48,622 nucleotides of DNA from Bacteroidota bacterium (lineage in GTDB: Bacteria > Bacteroidota > Rhodothermia > Rhodothermales > JBCCMF01): positions 1 to 48,622 of the forward strand of contig JBCCMF010000001.1 in the NCBI GenBank assembly GCA_039026435.1, in the 5' to 3' direction. Below, one piece after another: positions 1 to 9,623 of this stretch (its first letter is position 1; each line of letters starts with the position of its first letter). The position numbers were made by a program, and so were the translations under genes. Under the pieces are notes generated by a model. It saw only the letters and a program-made list of their open reading frames with translations, did no database searches and had not been told where the DNA came from.

Positions 1-58
1 CGTGACGCTCGTGTGTTCTATCTCTCACACAGCCTGATCACTCAAGCCCCAACGCCCC

Positions 59-475
59 ATGCCTGACATCCCCGCTGTCCTCCGCAACGCCGAGACCATC
101 GCCGTGGTGGGCGCCTCGCCGCGCTCAGGACGCACGAGTCACGTCATCGCCCAGTACCTCATCGCGCAAGGCTACACGGTGATCCCCGTCAACCCGCACC
201 GCGACACCCTCTTCGGCGTGCCGTGTTATCCCGATCTGCAGTCCATCCCGTCGGATCAGCGCATCGACATCGTCAACATCTTCCGCCGCTCCGACAAGAC
301 GGCTGGGGTGATCCGCGACTTGGTGGAGCGTATCGACGAGACAGAGGAGCGACCCGTGGTGTGGACGCAGCTCGGCGTATCGAGCAACGAGGCGACGCGG
401 CTCATCCAGGAGGCCGATCTGCCCTACGTCCACGAGCGCTGCATCTACGTGGAGCATGGCCGCTTAGCCCACTGA
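59..475 (+). CDS. CoA-binding domain protein (YccU-like, CoA_binding_2)
   Basis: 138-aa ORF. N-terminal 'IAVVGASPRSGRTSHVIAQYLIAQGYTVIPVNP' matches the Rossmann-like CoA-binding signature of this small-protein family. Converges on bshC with an 8-bp gap. Confidence 0.8.
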   Translation: MPDIPAVLRNAETIAVVGASPRSGRTSHVIAQYLIAQGYTVIPVNPHRDTLFGVPCYPDLQSIPSDQRIDIVNIFRRSDKTAGVIRDLVERIDETEERPVVWTQLGVSSNEATRLIQEADLPYVHERCIYVEHGRLAH

Positions 476-483
476 GCGCACCC

Positions 484-2133
484 TCAGAGCGCCAGCACCT
501 GATGCTGTGTGGTATCGAGCGAGACGGTGGCCTGCAGCTGCTCGAAGAGGTCGAGGCCGTACTTGTTGGCGAAGTAGAGCGGCGAGAGGCTGCGCTCCTG
601 CGCCTTACCCGACGGGTAGAGGTTGACTTGCGCCTTCTCGAACTGCGCCCGCACCTGTTCCTGGTTGCGCTTCTCGGCCCGCACCACGCGCTCCTTGTAG
701 CGCGCCCACTCCTTCATGAAGCTGGCCCGCGTGGCCTCGCCCGACTTCACCAGCGAGGCGTCGATGTCCTTCACGGCGGGCTTGACCTGCTCCAGCGCGC
801 GGTGGAGGTGGCTGCTGGCTTGCTTGAAGACCGCGTCCACGTCTACGTCCATGTTGTCGAGCACGTAGCGGCGGAACAGCTTGTCGAGGTCCTCGGCGAG
901 GTCGGCGATTTCCAAACCGTAGCGGTCCAGCACTTTCTGCACCTTGCCCTCGACGAGCGTGAGGCTGGCGCGGGGGTAGATTATTGGCATGGGGATTCCT
1001 GCCCAAGCGTAGACCTCGCGGTACTGCGCGAAGTAGGCGGCCTCGCCCGGTCCGGCCACGTACGCCACCGTGGGGAGGACGCGGTCTTGCGTGAGCGGGC
1101 GGAGGACCACGTTGGGGCTGAACGCATCGGGGTCGGCGGCGAGGCGATCGAGGAGCTCGGCAGTGGTGAGGCGGCGGTCCGTGCCGCGCAGGACGAAGCC
1201 GTCGCCCTCGGCGTCGAGCGGGAAGCGGCCGTCGGGTTCTACGATGAAGAGGTTGGTCGGCTTGGTGTGGACCTGCGCGTGGAAGCGCTCGGCGATGCGG
1301 GCGCTGGCGGCCTCTAGCTTCGGGTGGATCGTCTGGTAATCCTCGATCTCCTGCCGATACAGCGGCGCCGCGAGTTGCTTGAGGCGCGTGTCATCGGACG
1401 AGAGGAAGACCAAGCCCTGATTCGGGAAGAACGCCCGCATGAGGTAGGCGAATGCGTCGAGGAGGGTGTGGCCGGGCCGGTACGCGCGGCGCACGGCCTC
1501 CATCAGCGCAGGCTTGAAGTCGGTGGGCGGGAGCAGGTCGTCGAGCTCATCGACCACCTCGGTGATCTGCTCGGTCAGCACCAAACGCCCGACGGGGCCG
1601 AGGTTGCCGTCCTCGGGCAAGGCGTGGCCGGCGTAGGTGAGCTTACGCGGTTCGTTGTTCCGCAGCATCGTCACGCTGGCGACCTCCTCGAAGTCGTGGT
1701 CGCCGCCCTCCAGCCAAAACACCGGGACGACGGTGCGCCCCGTCTCTTCGTTGAGGCGCTGCGCCAGCTGGATCGTCGTCAGCGTTTTGTAGGGCGTGTA
1801 GAGCGGCCCGGTGAAGAGACCGACCTGCTGCCCGGTGACCACCACCAGCGACTCGGGGTCGCGGAGCGACTCGATGTTGGCGCGGATGCGTTCGTCCATC
1901 CCCCAACGTGCATTCTGGTCCAGCAACATCTCCACGAGCGTGTCGCGGTCGCGCGGTGTGGCGGCCACGGCATCGGCAGCTTCGCGCCGGGCGCCCGCGT
2001 CGCGATAGTCCCAGGCGTAGAACTCGTCTAGTGCGCCGAAATCCGACGTGTAGGCTTTGTAGAGCGCAGAGAACGCATCGAAGGCGTCAAAGGGCAGACA
2101 TCGAACGTCGGCGTCGAGGGCGGTATCGGGCAT
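484..2133 (-). CDS. bshC: bacillithiol biosynthesis cysteine-adding enzyme BshC
   Basis: Track ORF is 484..2172; the likely start is Met14 (ATG at 2133, 'MPDTALD'). About 549 aa. The motif 'VVTGQQVGLFTGPLYTPYKTLTTIQLAQRL' is characteristic of the BshC/YllA family. Confidence 0.8.
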   Translation of the reverse strand: MPDTALDADVRCLPFDAFDAFSALYKAYTSDFGALDEFYAWDYRDAGARREAADAVAATPRDRDTLVEMLLDQNARWGMDERIRANIESLRDPESLVVVTGQQVGLFTGPLYTPYKTLTTIQLAQRLNEETGRTVVPVFWLEGGDHDFEEVASVTMLRNNEPRKLTYAGHALPEDGNLGPVGRLVLTEQITEVVDELDDLLPPTDFKPALMEAVRRAYRPGHTLLDAFAYLMRAFFPNQGLVFLSSDDTRLKQLAAPLYRQEIEDYQTIHPKLEAASARIAERFHAQVHTKPTNLFIVEPDGRFPLDAEGDGFVLRGTDRRLTTAELLDRLAADPDAFSPNVVLRPLTQDRVLPTVAYVAGPGEAAYFAQYREVYAWAGIPMPIIYPRASLTLVEGKVQKVLDRYGLEIADLAEDLDKLFRRYVLDNMDVDVDAVFKQASSHLHRALEQVKPAVKDIDASLVKSGEATRASFMKEWARYKERVVRAEKRNQEQVRAQFEKAQVNLYPSGKAQERSLSPLYFANKYGLDLFEQLQATVSLDTTQHQVLAL

Positions 2134-2191
2134 GGAAGGGCAAGGATTGGCGCGGTAGTGTTGTGACCTCATCGCCTGAAAAGGCTCAAGC

Positions 2192-2224
2192 GAGGGAGAT
2201 CCCTCGGCTACGCTCGGGATGACA
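2192..2224. repeat. Partial (right-arm) copy of the TGTCATCCC...GGGATGACA palindromic repeat family
   Basis: 'gagggagatccctcggctacgctcgggatgaca' nearly matches the right arm of the full element at 42941..43044 ('gggagatccctcggctgcgctcgggatgaca'). No matching left basal arm is present. Confidence 0.6.
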
Positions 2225-2335
2225 GTAAGGGACGTTTAGGATGGATTAGACCAGCGCTCGCCGTCTTACCTGACGTGCCGAAGACATGGCCATACTTCAC
2301 CAAAAACCGAATCGGGAGCCCCGAGAACCGAACCG

Positions 2336-2917
2336 CTAGTTCTGCCCGCCTTGCATCTGGTCGATCTTGTCGCGGAGTTGGGCGGCGCGTTCGTAGTTTT
2401 CTTCTTCGATGGCCTTCTTGAGCTGCGCCTTCATCCGCTCCAGCGGGTCTTTGGGCGCGGCGGCCTCTTCGGCCACCTCGCGGCTGACGGGCATCGGCGT
2501 GCCGTCGTCTTCGGTGGGGATGCCCGCTTCGTCGAGCACGGACGGGGCGACGAGGATCTGCGCATCGACGCGGACGGCCAGCGCCACGGCATCGCTGGGG
2601 CGGGCGTCGAGCTGGCTGTCGGTGCCGCCGTAGGTGTAGCGGATCTTGGCGTAGAACGTGCCCTCGCGCAGTTCGTCGACGACGACATCGGTCACCTCAG
2701 CCCCCACCACGTCGAACAGGTCCCGCAGGAGGTCGTGCGTCATCGGGCGCGGCGTCTGGATCTTCTCCAGCTCTAGGGCGATGGCCTGGGCCTCGAACGC
2801 GCCGATGATGATGGGCAACCGGCGGTTCCCCTCTACCTCACCCAGCACGAGGGCGTAGGCGCCACCGCTGGATGGGCTCGTGGAGAGGCCGATGATGTCA
2901 ACAGGAATGTAGTCCAT
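2336..2917 (-). CDS. Bifunctional nuclease (BFN/DUF151) with C-terminal UVR motif
   Basis: 193 aa. 'RRLPIIIGAFEAQAIALELEKIQTPRPMTHDLL' and 'ARPSDAVALAVR' are typical of the BFN domain. The C-terminal 'EEENYERAAQLRDKIDQM' is a UvrB/UvrC-type motif. Confidence 0.8.
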   Translation of the reverse strand: MDYIPVDIIGLSTSPSSGGAYALVLGEVEGNRRLPIIIGAFEAQAIALELEKIQTPRPMTHDLLRDLFDVVGAEVTDVVVDELREGTFYAKIRYTYGGTDSQLDARPSDAVALAVRVDAQILVAPSVLDEAGIPTEDDGTPMPVSREVAEEAAAPKDPLERMKAQLKKAIEEENYERAAQLRDKIDQMQGGQN

Positions 2918-2957
2918 ACGGAGTCCTAGAGGGGCGGTAGCGAGCGGTGGGGGTGCG

Positions 2958-4037
2958 CTAGAGAGCCGCCTGTAACGTGTCCAAAAATACCTTGTTCTCG
3001 GCGCGGGTCCCGGTGTTCACGCGCAGATACCCGCGTAGTTCAGGGTAGCCTCCCATGTTACGAATCAACACGCCCGCGTCCGCTAGGCGTTGCAACATCG
3101 TATCGGCGGGGTGCGGCGTCTTGAAAAGCACGAAGTTGGTCTGGCTCGGCAGCACCTCGACGCCGTCGATGGCGGCCAGCGCGTCGGTGAGCGCAGCCGT
3201 GTTGGTTTTCATCTCGGCGATGCGGTCGGCGATAAGCGTGGGGCGGTTCAGGAGCGCCAGCGCCACGTGCTCGGCGAAGCGGTCGATCTGGAAGGGCAGC
3301 CGCGCCTTCATCATCTCCTGCATCACCTGGGGATGGCCGATGAGGTAACCGAGCCGCAGGCCCGCTAGGCCGTATGCCTTCGAGAAGGTGCGTAGCGAGA
3401 TCACGTTGGAGTAGCGCTCCAGCAGCGTCAGGCCGCTCACCTCGCGCGTGAACTCGATGTAGGCCTCGTCTACGACTACGATGCCTGGCGAGGCGGCCAC
3501 GATGGGCTCGATCTCCTCGATGCGCATCGCCAACCCCGTCGGGTTGTTGGGCGTGGTCAGCACGGTGAGCGCCGGCTGCTCGCGCTCGACGGCCGCCAGC
3601 AGCGCCTCGGCGTCGAAGCTGAGGTCGGGGCGGCAGGGGACGGTGGTGAGGGCGGCGTCGAACAGCGCGGCGATCTTGCCCCACAGCGAGAACATCGGCG
3701 CGGGCAGGACGACTTTGGTGCCGGGGCTGATCATGGTGTAGCCGAACGTGTACATCACCTCGTTCGAGCCGTTACCCAGCAGCAGGCTCTGCGGGCTCAC
3801 GCCGTGCTGCTCCGCCAGCACATCGATCAGCTCGTACGGATGCTCAGTCGGGTAGCGGTTGACCTCCACATCCATGAACGACGCCACCAGCTCGCGCTTG
3901 AGGTCGTCAGGCAGGCCGTACGGACTCTCGTTCTGATTAAGCTTGACGCGCAGATCGGGGATGAGGCCCACGAGGTACGGCTTGAGCGCGCGCACGGCGG
4001 GGCGGATGGCGCTGAGCGCTTGGTCGAGGTCAGACAT
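2958..4037 (-). CDS. hisC: Histidinol-phosphate aminotransferase
   Basis: 359 aa. Contains 'KLNQNESPYGLP' and the PLP-lysine region 'RTFSKAYGLAGLRLGYL'. Lies 15 bp downstream of hisD on the same strand. Confidence 0.9.
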   Translation of the reverse strand: MSDLDQALSAIRPAVRALKPYLVGLIPDLRVKLNQNESPYGLPDDLKRELVASFMDVEVNRYPTEHPYELIDVLAEQHGVSPQSLLLGNGSNEVMYTFGYTMISPGTKVVLPAPMFSLWGKIAALFDAALTTVPCRPDLSFDAEALLAAVEREQPALTVLTTPNNPTGLAMRIEEIEPIVAASPGIVVVDEAYIEFTREVSGLTLLERYSNVISLRTFSKAYGLAGLRLGYLIGHPQVMQEMMKARLPFQIDRFAEHVALALLNRPTLIADRIAEMKTNTAALTDALAAIDGVEVLPSQTNFVLFKTPHPADTMLQRLADAGVLIRNMGGYPELRGYLRVNTGTRAENKVFLDTLQAAL

Positions 4038-4052
4038 GCAGATACGCGGCGG

Positions 4053-5351
4053 TTAAGAGTCGAAGCGGTCGAGGCGCACTTGGATGGCCTGCGCATGGGC
4101 ATCGAGCGACTCGGCTTGGGCGAAGGCGACGATCTTGGCGCCCGTCTGTTCGAGGCGCTGCTGCGAGTACGAAATCACCGACTGCTTGCGGATGAAGTCG
4201 TCTACGCTGAGTGCCGAGGCGTAGCGTGCGGTGCCGCCTGTAGGGAGTACATGGTTGGGCCCGGCAAAGTAATCGCCGACGGGCTCGGAGGAGTATGGCC
4301 CGAGGAAGATGGCGCCCGCGTGACGGATCTGCGTCATCGTCTGCCACGGGTCACGCGTCAGGATCTCCAGGTGCTCCACGGCGAGGTCGTTCATCATGGC
4401 CACGGCCTGGTCCATCGTCTCGGTGACGATGCAGGCGCCGTAGTCGCGGAGGGCGGGCTCGATGATGGCACGGCGGGGGAGCGCGGGTACCATGCGCTCG
4501 ATCTCGCGCTGCACGGCCTCGGCCAGCGGGCGGTGCGCCGTCACGAGGACCGCCGAGGCGCGGGTGTCGTGCTCCGCTTGCGAGAGCAGGTCGGCGGCGA
4601 CGTAGGTCGGGTCGGCGGTGTCGTCGGCGAGGATGCCGATCTCGCTGGGGCCTGCCACCGAGTCGATATCGACGGGGCCGTAGACCATCTTCTTAGCGGC
4701 CGCCACGTACGCGTTGCCCGGCCCCACGATCTTATCGACGCGCGCCACGCTGGCGGTGCCGTAGGCGAGCGCGCCCACCGCCTGCGCCCCGCCGATACTG
4801 TAGACGTGCTCCAGGCCGAGGAAGTGCGCCGTGGCCAGCACGAGCGGGTGCGGCAACCCGTTGGGCTGCGGCGGCGAGACGAGGTGGATCTCCCGGACGC
4901 CCGCCACCTGCGCCGGGATGGCGTTCATCAGGAGGCTCGATGGATAAAACGCGGTGCCGCCGGGCACGTAGAGGCCCACGCGGTCCATCGGCATGACGCG
5001 CTGGCCTAGCACCACGCCGTCGCCGTCCTCGGCAAACCACGACTGCTGCACCTGGCGTTGATGGAAGCGGCGGATGTTGCCAGCCGCCTCGGCGATGATG
5101 GCGCGAAGGTCGGCGCTGAGGGCATCGTGCGCGCTGGCGAGCGCCTGGGCAGGCACGCGGATGGCATCCAGCACCACGCCGTCGAACCGCTCGGTGTAGC
5201 GCTGGAGGGCGGCGTCGCCTTCGGCGTGCACATCCGCCAGGATGGTGCGGACGGCGGCGTCCACCTCGGGGCTGAACGACGCATCGCGGCCCAGGATGGC
5301 GCCTAGCCGCTCGTGGCGGTCAGCGTAATCAACAATCGGAATCATCAGCAC
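4053..5351 (-). CDS. hisD: Histidinol dehydrogenase
   Basis: 432 aa. 'GPGNAYVAAAKKMVYGPVDIDSVAGPSEIGILADDTADPTYVAADLLSQAEHD' is the classical HisD signature region. Confidence 0.93.
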   Translation of the reverse strand: MLMIPIVDYADRHERLGAILGRDASFSPEVDAAVRTILADVHAEGDAALQRYTERFDGVVLDAIRVPAQALASAHDALSADLRAIIAEAAGNIRRFHQRQVQQSWFAEDGDGVVLGQRVMPMDRVGLYVPGGTAFYPSSLLMNAIPAQVAGVREIHLVSPPQPNGLPHPLVLATAHFLGLEHVYSIGGAQAVGALAYGTASVARVDKIVGPGNAYVAAAKKMVYGPVDIDSVAGPSEIGILADDTADPTYVAADLLSQAEHDTRASAVLVTAHRPLAEAVQREIERMVPALPRRAIIEPALRDYGACIVTETMDQAVAMMNDLAVEHLEILTRDPWQTMTQIRHAGAIFLGPYSSEPVGDYFAGPNHVLPTGGTARYASALSVDDFIRKQSVISYSQQRLEQTGAKIVAFAQAESLDAHAQAIQVRLDRFDS

Positions 5352-5449
5352 GGATCAGAAACTCAAAGCGCGCCCTATACCGCTGCTGCCGCGCTTCGTT
5401 GCCGCACAGCGACCACCGCGGCAAGAGCTTCACCAGTTTCTCAATCCGA

Positions 5450-5660
5450 TCAAGTCCACGATGGCAAGTCAAGAGAAGCTGCCATTTGCTCAATGCACTC
5501 CAGCAGTTGCGAGATAAACGCGCGGCGTTTGCCAGTCCCATACAAGGGGTCACCGATGCTCATGTCACAGAAGAAGGGGACAGGGACGAATGTGCCTTTG
5601 GGGAGGATCTTGCCTAAGCCATGCAGAAAAATTGGATAGACGGGGACTTTGGGGTAAGTC
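5450..5660 (-). pseudogene. C-terminal (~70 aa) remnant of a lysophospholipid / 1-acylglycerol-3-phosphate acyltransferase-family gene, truncated at the IS left end
   Basis: The minus-strand frame reads 'PKVPVYPIFLHGLGKILPKGTFVPVPFFCDMSIGDPLYGTGKRRAFISQLLECIEQMAA..*'. This resembles the C-terminal block of LPLAT acyltransferases ('vPV.i.gl.k.lPKG...pvP..c.v..G.Pl'). The ORF continues into IS sequence only by chance, and no N-terminal part exists on either side of the IS. GC is lower than in hisD. Confidence 0.45.
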
Positions 5661-6955
5661 TGTGATGTAACGATGTAGGTGAGAAAACAGCTATACCATG
5701 TGCACAACGGCTAAGCGCGCCACTCGATTCTGCCTTGTGATCTCTGGCACTTGAGGCAGAGCAACCGCCGACTCAGCCAAGAAACCAAACACGTTCTCCA
5801 CTCCCCGGCGCTCCAGCAAGATCCCTGCATACAACTGCGCTGGCACCCGGTAGCCAATACCGCCGTGACTCCGATAGAAGTTGTACCACGCCCGGAACGA
5901 CTTCACGCTACGGCGCAGCCCCGACCACGTCCAGCCCTGCCCCAAACGGCCTAAACACTCGCGCTTGAAGGTCTTTACCATCGCCTCGGCCTTGCCGTTG
6001 GTCTGCGGGTAGTACGGCTTGGTCAAACGGTGCTCTACCCCAGCCTCTGCCATAAAGCGGGCAAAACGGTGCGCGCTCTGCGCCTTGACGGGCACAAAGC
6101 AGCGGGCGTTGTCGGTGATGAGCACACGCGGTTTGCCGTAGCGCTCGAAGAGCGCGTGCAACCTCGCCTCAACCGTGGCTGAACTCTGATCGTCCACCAC
6201 GTCACAGGCCAGCAGCATCCGGCTGTAGCTGTCGATGACGATCAGCACCGACTGTGCTTGGCCTTGCGCATCGGTGAGCGGCCCGGCGAAATCGACGTGC
6301 CACGTCCAGTTGGGGGCTTTCACGCGCTGGCGCCTATAGCGGATGCCGTCGCGTTTGCCGACCGGGTGATAGGTGCGCACCGGGAGGTGATAGCGCCGAA
6401 AGAGGCGGTAGATGGCCGTATGCGAGACCTGTGCCAGTCCACGGACCCTGAGCTCGTGGGCAATGCGCTGGCCGCACCAGCCGAGGTGAGCCCGCAAGGC
6501 TAGCGCCACCTGCGTGGCAGGCTCGCTGAGTCGGAGTCGAACTGCTGCCCGGGGGTGGCCAGTGCGCGATGACGGCTGCTGGAAGCAGGGCATGAGCGCT
6601 CGCTTGCCACCTTGTCGCCAGCGTTTGTGGTAGCGTCGCACGGTGCTCTTGCCCAGGGCGAAGCGTTGAGCGCAGGCATGGGCCGCCTCATCTTCGGTGG
6701 CGCAGGTGCGTCGATGAGCGCGGTAGTGGCGCACGATTTTGGCGTGTCGTTTCATCACGGCGAAGGCACTTCGTCGTCGATCCTGTCGGCGCTGTTGCTT
6801 GCGCAGGCGTTGTTGTCGAAGTTGTAGGTCGCTCCGTCGCCTGTGCGCACGGGCTGTGGGTGGTCCAGGTAGGTTGTACGTTGGCATACCCGCTTCTACG
6901 CGGGACGACAACCGGGCCTGGGCTGCCCCTTTCTCACTGCCCCCGTTACATCACA
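5661..6955 (-). mobile_element. IS481-family insertion sequence (1295 bp)
   Basis: Terminal inverted repeats: 5661..5686 'tgtgatgtaacgatgtaggtgagaaa' versus the reverse complement of 6930..6955 'tgtgatgtaacgggggcagtgagaaa'. They match at 21/26 positions, including the first 12, and start with TGT as in IS481-like elements. The element holds a single rve/DDE transposase ORF. The flanks 'ggggtaagtc' and 'accttagcct' are not direct repeats. Confidence 0.8.
5691..6911 (-). CDS. IS481-family DDE transposase (integrase core domain)
   Basis: An N-terminal HTH ('FALGKSTVRRYHKRWRQGG') is followed by a DDE triad context: 'WHVDFAGPL', 'VLITDNARCF', 'PYYPQTNGKAEAMVKTFK'. The true start may be Met53 (ATG at 6755, 'MKRHAKIV'), because the Arg-rich extension before it looks non-coding. 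Confidence 0.85.
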   Translation of the reverse strand: MSSRVEAGMPTYNLPGPPTARAHRRRSDLQLRQQRLRKQQRRQDRRRSAFAVMKRHAKIVRHYRAHRRTCATEDEAAHACAQRFALGKSTVRRYHKRWRQGGKRALMPCFQQPSSRTGHPRAAVRLRLSEPATQVALALRAHLGWCGQRIAHELRVRGLAQVSHTAIYRLFRRYHLPVRTYHPVGKRDGIRYRRQRVKAPNWTWHVDFAGPLTDAQGQAQSVLIVIDSYSRMLLACDVVDDQSSATVEARLHALFERYGKPRVLITDNARCFVPVKAQSAHRFARFMAEAGVEHRLTKPYYPQTNGKAEAMVKTFKRECLGRLGQGWTWSGLRRSVKSFRAWYNFYRSHGGIGYRVPAQLYAGILLERRGVENVFGFLAESAVALPQVPEITRQNRVARLAVVHMV

Positions 6956-6983
6956 ACCTTAGCCTCAGCCCTGTACCTTCCGG

Positions 6984-8225
6984 TTACGCCGCCAACAGCC
7001 GCAGGTAGAACATCGGCGAGATGAGGCGGGAGCGCTCGGAGAGGTCGTCGAACATGCAGGTCATGGCGTCGGCGACTTCCTTGGAGCGGGAGGCCTTGCG
7101 GATGACGAGGTTGAGCAGCCAGGTGTGGCGCAGCAGCTTCTGCATGGCGTGGCTCAGGCGTAGCTCCGAGCGGAGCGTGTCGATCACCTCGGTCTCGTAG
7201 GCCTTAAGAAACGTCTTGGTGGGCGTGCCGGCCTCAAGCGCCTGCTTGGCCCAGAACGCCGCGCGCTCGCCGCTGAGCATCGCGTTGCCGATGCCTTCGC
7301 CCGTGAACGGGTCGATCAGGCTGGCGGCATCGCCCACGAGCATCCAGCCATCCCCAGCCATGGGGCGCGGCTTGGAGCCCAGCGGCAGCCCGAAGCCTTT
7401 GATTGGGCCTACGCGGCGGGCGTTGGCGAAGCGCTCCTTGAACAGCGGCGCCTGCACCACATCGTCGAGCAGCGTCTTGAGCTTGATGCCGCGCTTCTTG
7501 ATCGTCTCGCTGAGCATGCCCACGCCCACGTTGGCGCGGCCGTCGGGCAGCGGGAAGATCCAGAAGTAGCCGGGGATGACTTCATCGACGAAGTGGATCT
7601 CGAGCGAGTTGTTTTTCTGGAAGCCGCCGATGTTCTCGTAGTAGGCACGGATGGCGCCGCAGTAGTGCTTGGGGTTGAGCTGGTCCATGCCGAGGTCGCG
7701 CACAACGACCGAGTACGCCCCATCGGCGCCGATGACGAGCGGGGCGTGGATGGTATGCACCTCTTTCTCGCCCTTGCGCTTCACCGTGACGCCCGTGACG
7801 CGCTTGCCGTCGCGGAGCAAGCCTTTCACCGTCGCCTCCTGCCAGATCTCGACGCCGGCGTCTACGGCGGCCTGGAAGACGAGTTGGTCGAACTCGAAGC
7901 GGGTACAAACAAAGCCGGGCGCGTTGGGGCGGTCGCGGTTTTGCGTCAGCGGAATGTCCACGAAGTCGCCGCGGGTGCCGCTGAACGCTACGCCCCACAC
8001 GTCGATGCTCTCGCTGGCGCGCTCCAAGTGGTTCAGAATACCCAGCTCTTTGAGCAGATCGACGCTCTTGCCACTGATGGCATCGCCACACACTTTATCG
8101 CGCGGGAAGGTGTCTTTGTCCAGCAGCAGCACGTTGAGGCCGTGCCGCGCCATCATGGTGGCCGCTGTGGAGCCACCGGGGCCGGCGCCCACCACTATCG
8201 CATCGTAATTCATCCGATCACTCAA
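6984..8225 (-). CDS. Geranylgeranyl reductase-family FAD-dependent oxidoreductase (paralog 1)
   Basis: 413 aa. Has the FAD fold 'YDAIVVGAGPGGSTAA', 'FPRDKVCGDAIS' and 'GDGWMLVGDAASLIDPFTGEGIGNAM', as in the geranylgeranyl reductase family. Confidence 0.8.
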   Translation of the reverse strand: MSDRMNYDAIVVGAGPGGSTAATMMARHGLNVLLLDKDTFPRDKVCGDAISGKSVDLLKELGILNHLERASESIDVWGVAFSGTRGDFVDIPLTQNRDRPNAPGFVCTRFEFDQLVFQAAVDAGVEIWQEATVKGLLRDGKRVTGVTVKRKGEKEVHTIHAPLVIGADGAYSVVVRDLGMDQLNPKHYCGAIRAYYENIGGFQKNNSLEIHFVDEVIPGYFWIFPLPDGRANVGVGMLSETIKKRGIKLKTLLDDVVQAPLFKERFANARRVGPIKGFGLPLGSKPRPMAGDGWMLVGDAASLIDPFTGEGIGNAMLSGERAAFWAKQALEAGTPTKTFLKAYETEVIDTLRSELRLSHAMQKLLRHTWLLNLVIRKASRSKEVADAMTCMFDDLSERSRLISPMFYLRLLAA

Positions 8226-8250
8226 TTAAAAAAACAAACCTCTCCTCTCG

Positions 8251-8294
8251 TGTCATCCCTCGGCTCTGGCCTACGGCCGTCGCTCGGGATGACA
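8251..8294. repeat. 44-nt palindromic intergenic repeat (TGTCATCCC...GGGATGACA family, short form)
   Basis: 'tgtcatccctcggctctggcctacggccgtcgctcgggatgaca'. It has 9-bp terminal arms and lies between the two reductase paralogs. It is the same length as the copy at 9624..9667 and nearly the same sequence. Confidence 0.75.
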
Positions 8295-8329
8295 ACCAAA
8301 GACGTACGGGCACTTTTAAAACTGAATAG

Positions 8330-9559
8330 TTAAGCGGCCAGCAGACGCAGGTAGAACATAGGGGAAAGCAACCTGCGGCGCTCGCTCATATCGTCGAACA
8401 TACAACTAATCGTATCGGCGACCTCGGTGGAGCGCGACGCCTTGCGAATGAGGAAGTTGAGCAAGGTTGGCCACTGTGCCAGCCGCAGCAGCATCGTGCT
8501 GATCTTCAGCTCTTGCCGCAGGTCGGCCATGACGGCGTCGCCGTAGCCCTTGAGGTCGGCGGCGCTGGTGGCGCCGGTTTCGAGGGCGCGCTCGGCCCAC
8601 TCGGCGGCGTGGATGGCGCTGATCATGGCGTTGCCGATGCCCTCGCCCGTGAACGGGTCGATCAGGCTGGCAGCATCGCCCACCAGCATCCAGCCATCGC
8701 CCGCCATCGGGCGTGGCTTCGAGCCCAGCGGCAGCCCCCACCCTTTCATCGGGCCGATCCGCTCGGCATCGGCAAAGCGGTCGCGGAAGCGCGGGTGCGT
8801 CACGAGCTGATCCAGCAGCGGGCGCAGCTTCACGTTGTGCTTCTTCATCAGGTGGCTCACCATCCCCAGCCCCACGTTGGCGCGGCCATCGGGGAGTGGG
8901 AAGATCCAGAAGTAGCCGGGAATGACGACGTCGGCGAAGTGCAGCTCGATGGAGTTCATCTCATCGAAGCCCGTGACGCCCTCGTAGTAGGCGCGCATGG
9001 ACCCGGCGTAGTGCTTCTCGTCGAGCTGCGTCATGCCCAGGTCACGCACGACGACCGAGTAGGCGCCGTCGGCCCCGATGACGATGGGCGCATGGATCGT
9101 CTGGACCTGCTTCTCGCCCTTGCGCTGCACGGTGACGCCCGTGATGCGGTCGCCGTCCATGACCATGTTCTTGACCGTGGCCTCCTGCCACACCTCGGCG
9201 CCGCTGTCCACCGCCGCCTCGAACGTGACGCGGTCGAAAGTGAGGCGCGGGCAGACGTAGCCGGGCGGAATCGGCTGGGTGAAGTCCTTGGTGAACGGGA
9301 TGGTGACCTGATCGCCTGCCGGACTGCTGAAGGTGATGCCCCATGTGTCCAGCGGCTGCGCCAGCGGCATCTTGTCGATCACGCCGAGCGCCTTCAGGGC
9401 ATCGACGCTCTTGCCGCTGATGGCATCGCCACACACCTTGTCGCGGGGAAACCGCTGTTTGTCGAGCAGGAGCACGTTCACCCCGCGCCGGGCCAGCATC
9501 GCCGCCGCCGTCGCACCACCCGGGCCTGCGCCCACCACAATCACATCACGCTTCATCAT
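8330..9559 (-). CDS. Geranylgeranyl reductase-family FAD-dependent oxidoreductase (paralog 2)
   Basis: 409 aa. Collinear with paralog 1 at roughly 65% identity by eye, with the same motifs and an identical C-terminus 'SPMFYLRLLAA'. Confidence 0.8.
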   Translation of the reverse strand: MMKRDVIVVGAGPGGATAAAMLARRGVNVLLLDKQRFPRDKVCGDAISGKSVDALKALGVIDKMPLAQPLDTWGITFSSPAGDQVTIPFTKDFTQPIPPGYVCPRLTFDRVTFEAAVDSGAEVWQEATVKNMVMDGDRITGVTVQRKGEKQVQTIHAPIVIGADGAYSVVVRDLGMTQLDEKHYAGSMRAYYEGVTGFDEMNSIELHFADVVIPGYFWIFPLPDGRANVGLGMVSHLMKKHNVKLRPLLDQLVTHPRFRDRFADAERIGPMKGWGLPLGSKPRPMAGDGWMLVGDAASLIDPFTGEGIGNAMISAIHAAEWAERALETGATSAADLKGYGDAVMADLRQELKISTMLLRLAQWPTLLNFLIRKASRSTEVADTISCMFDDMSERRRLLSPMFYLRLLAA

Positions 9560-9623
9560 TCGGTCTCAGGTCAAAAGCCGGCTAATCGCATGCGAGTTCT
9601 GCGAGATAACTACGCCTCCAGGG

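Noticed and set aside
5651-6965. Search for a target-site duplication flanking the IS481-like element.
   Set aside because: The flanks 'ggggtaagtc' and 'accttagcct' share no direct repeat of 4 nt or more at the junctions. The absence is reported as evidence for rearrangement, and no TSD is claimed.
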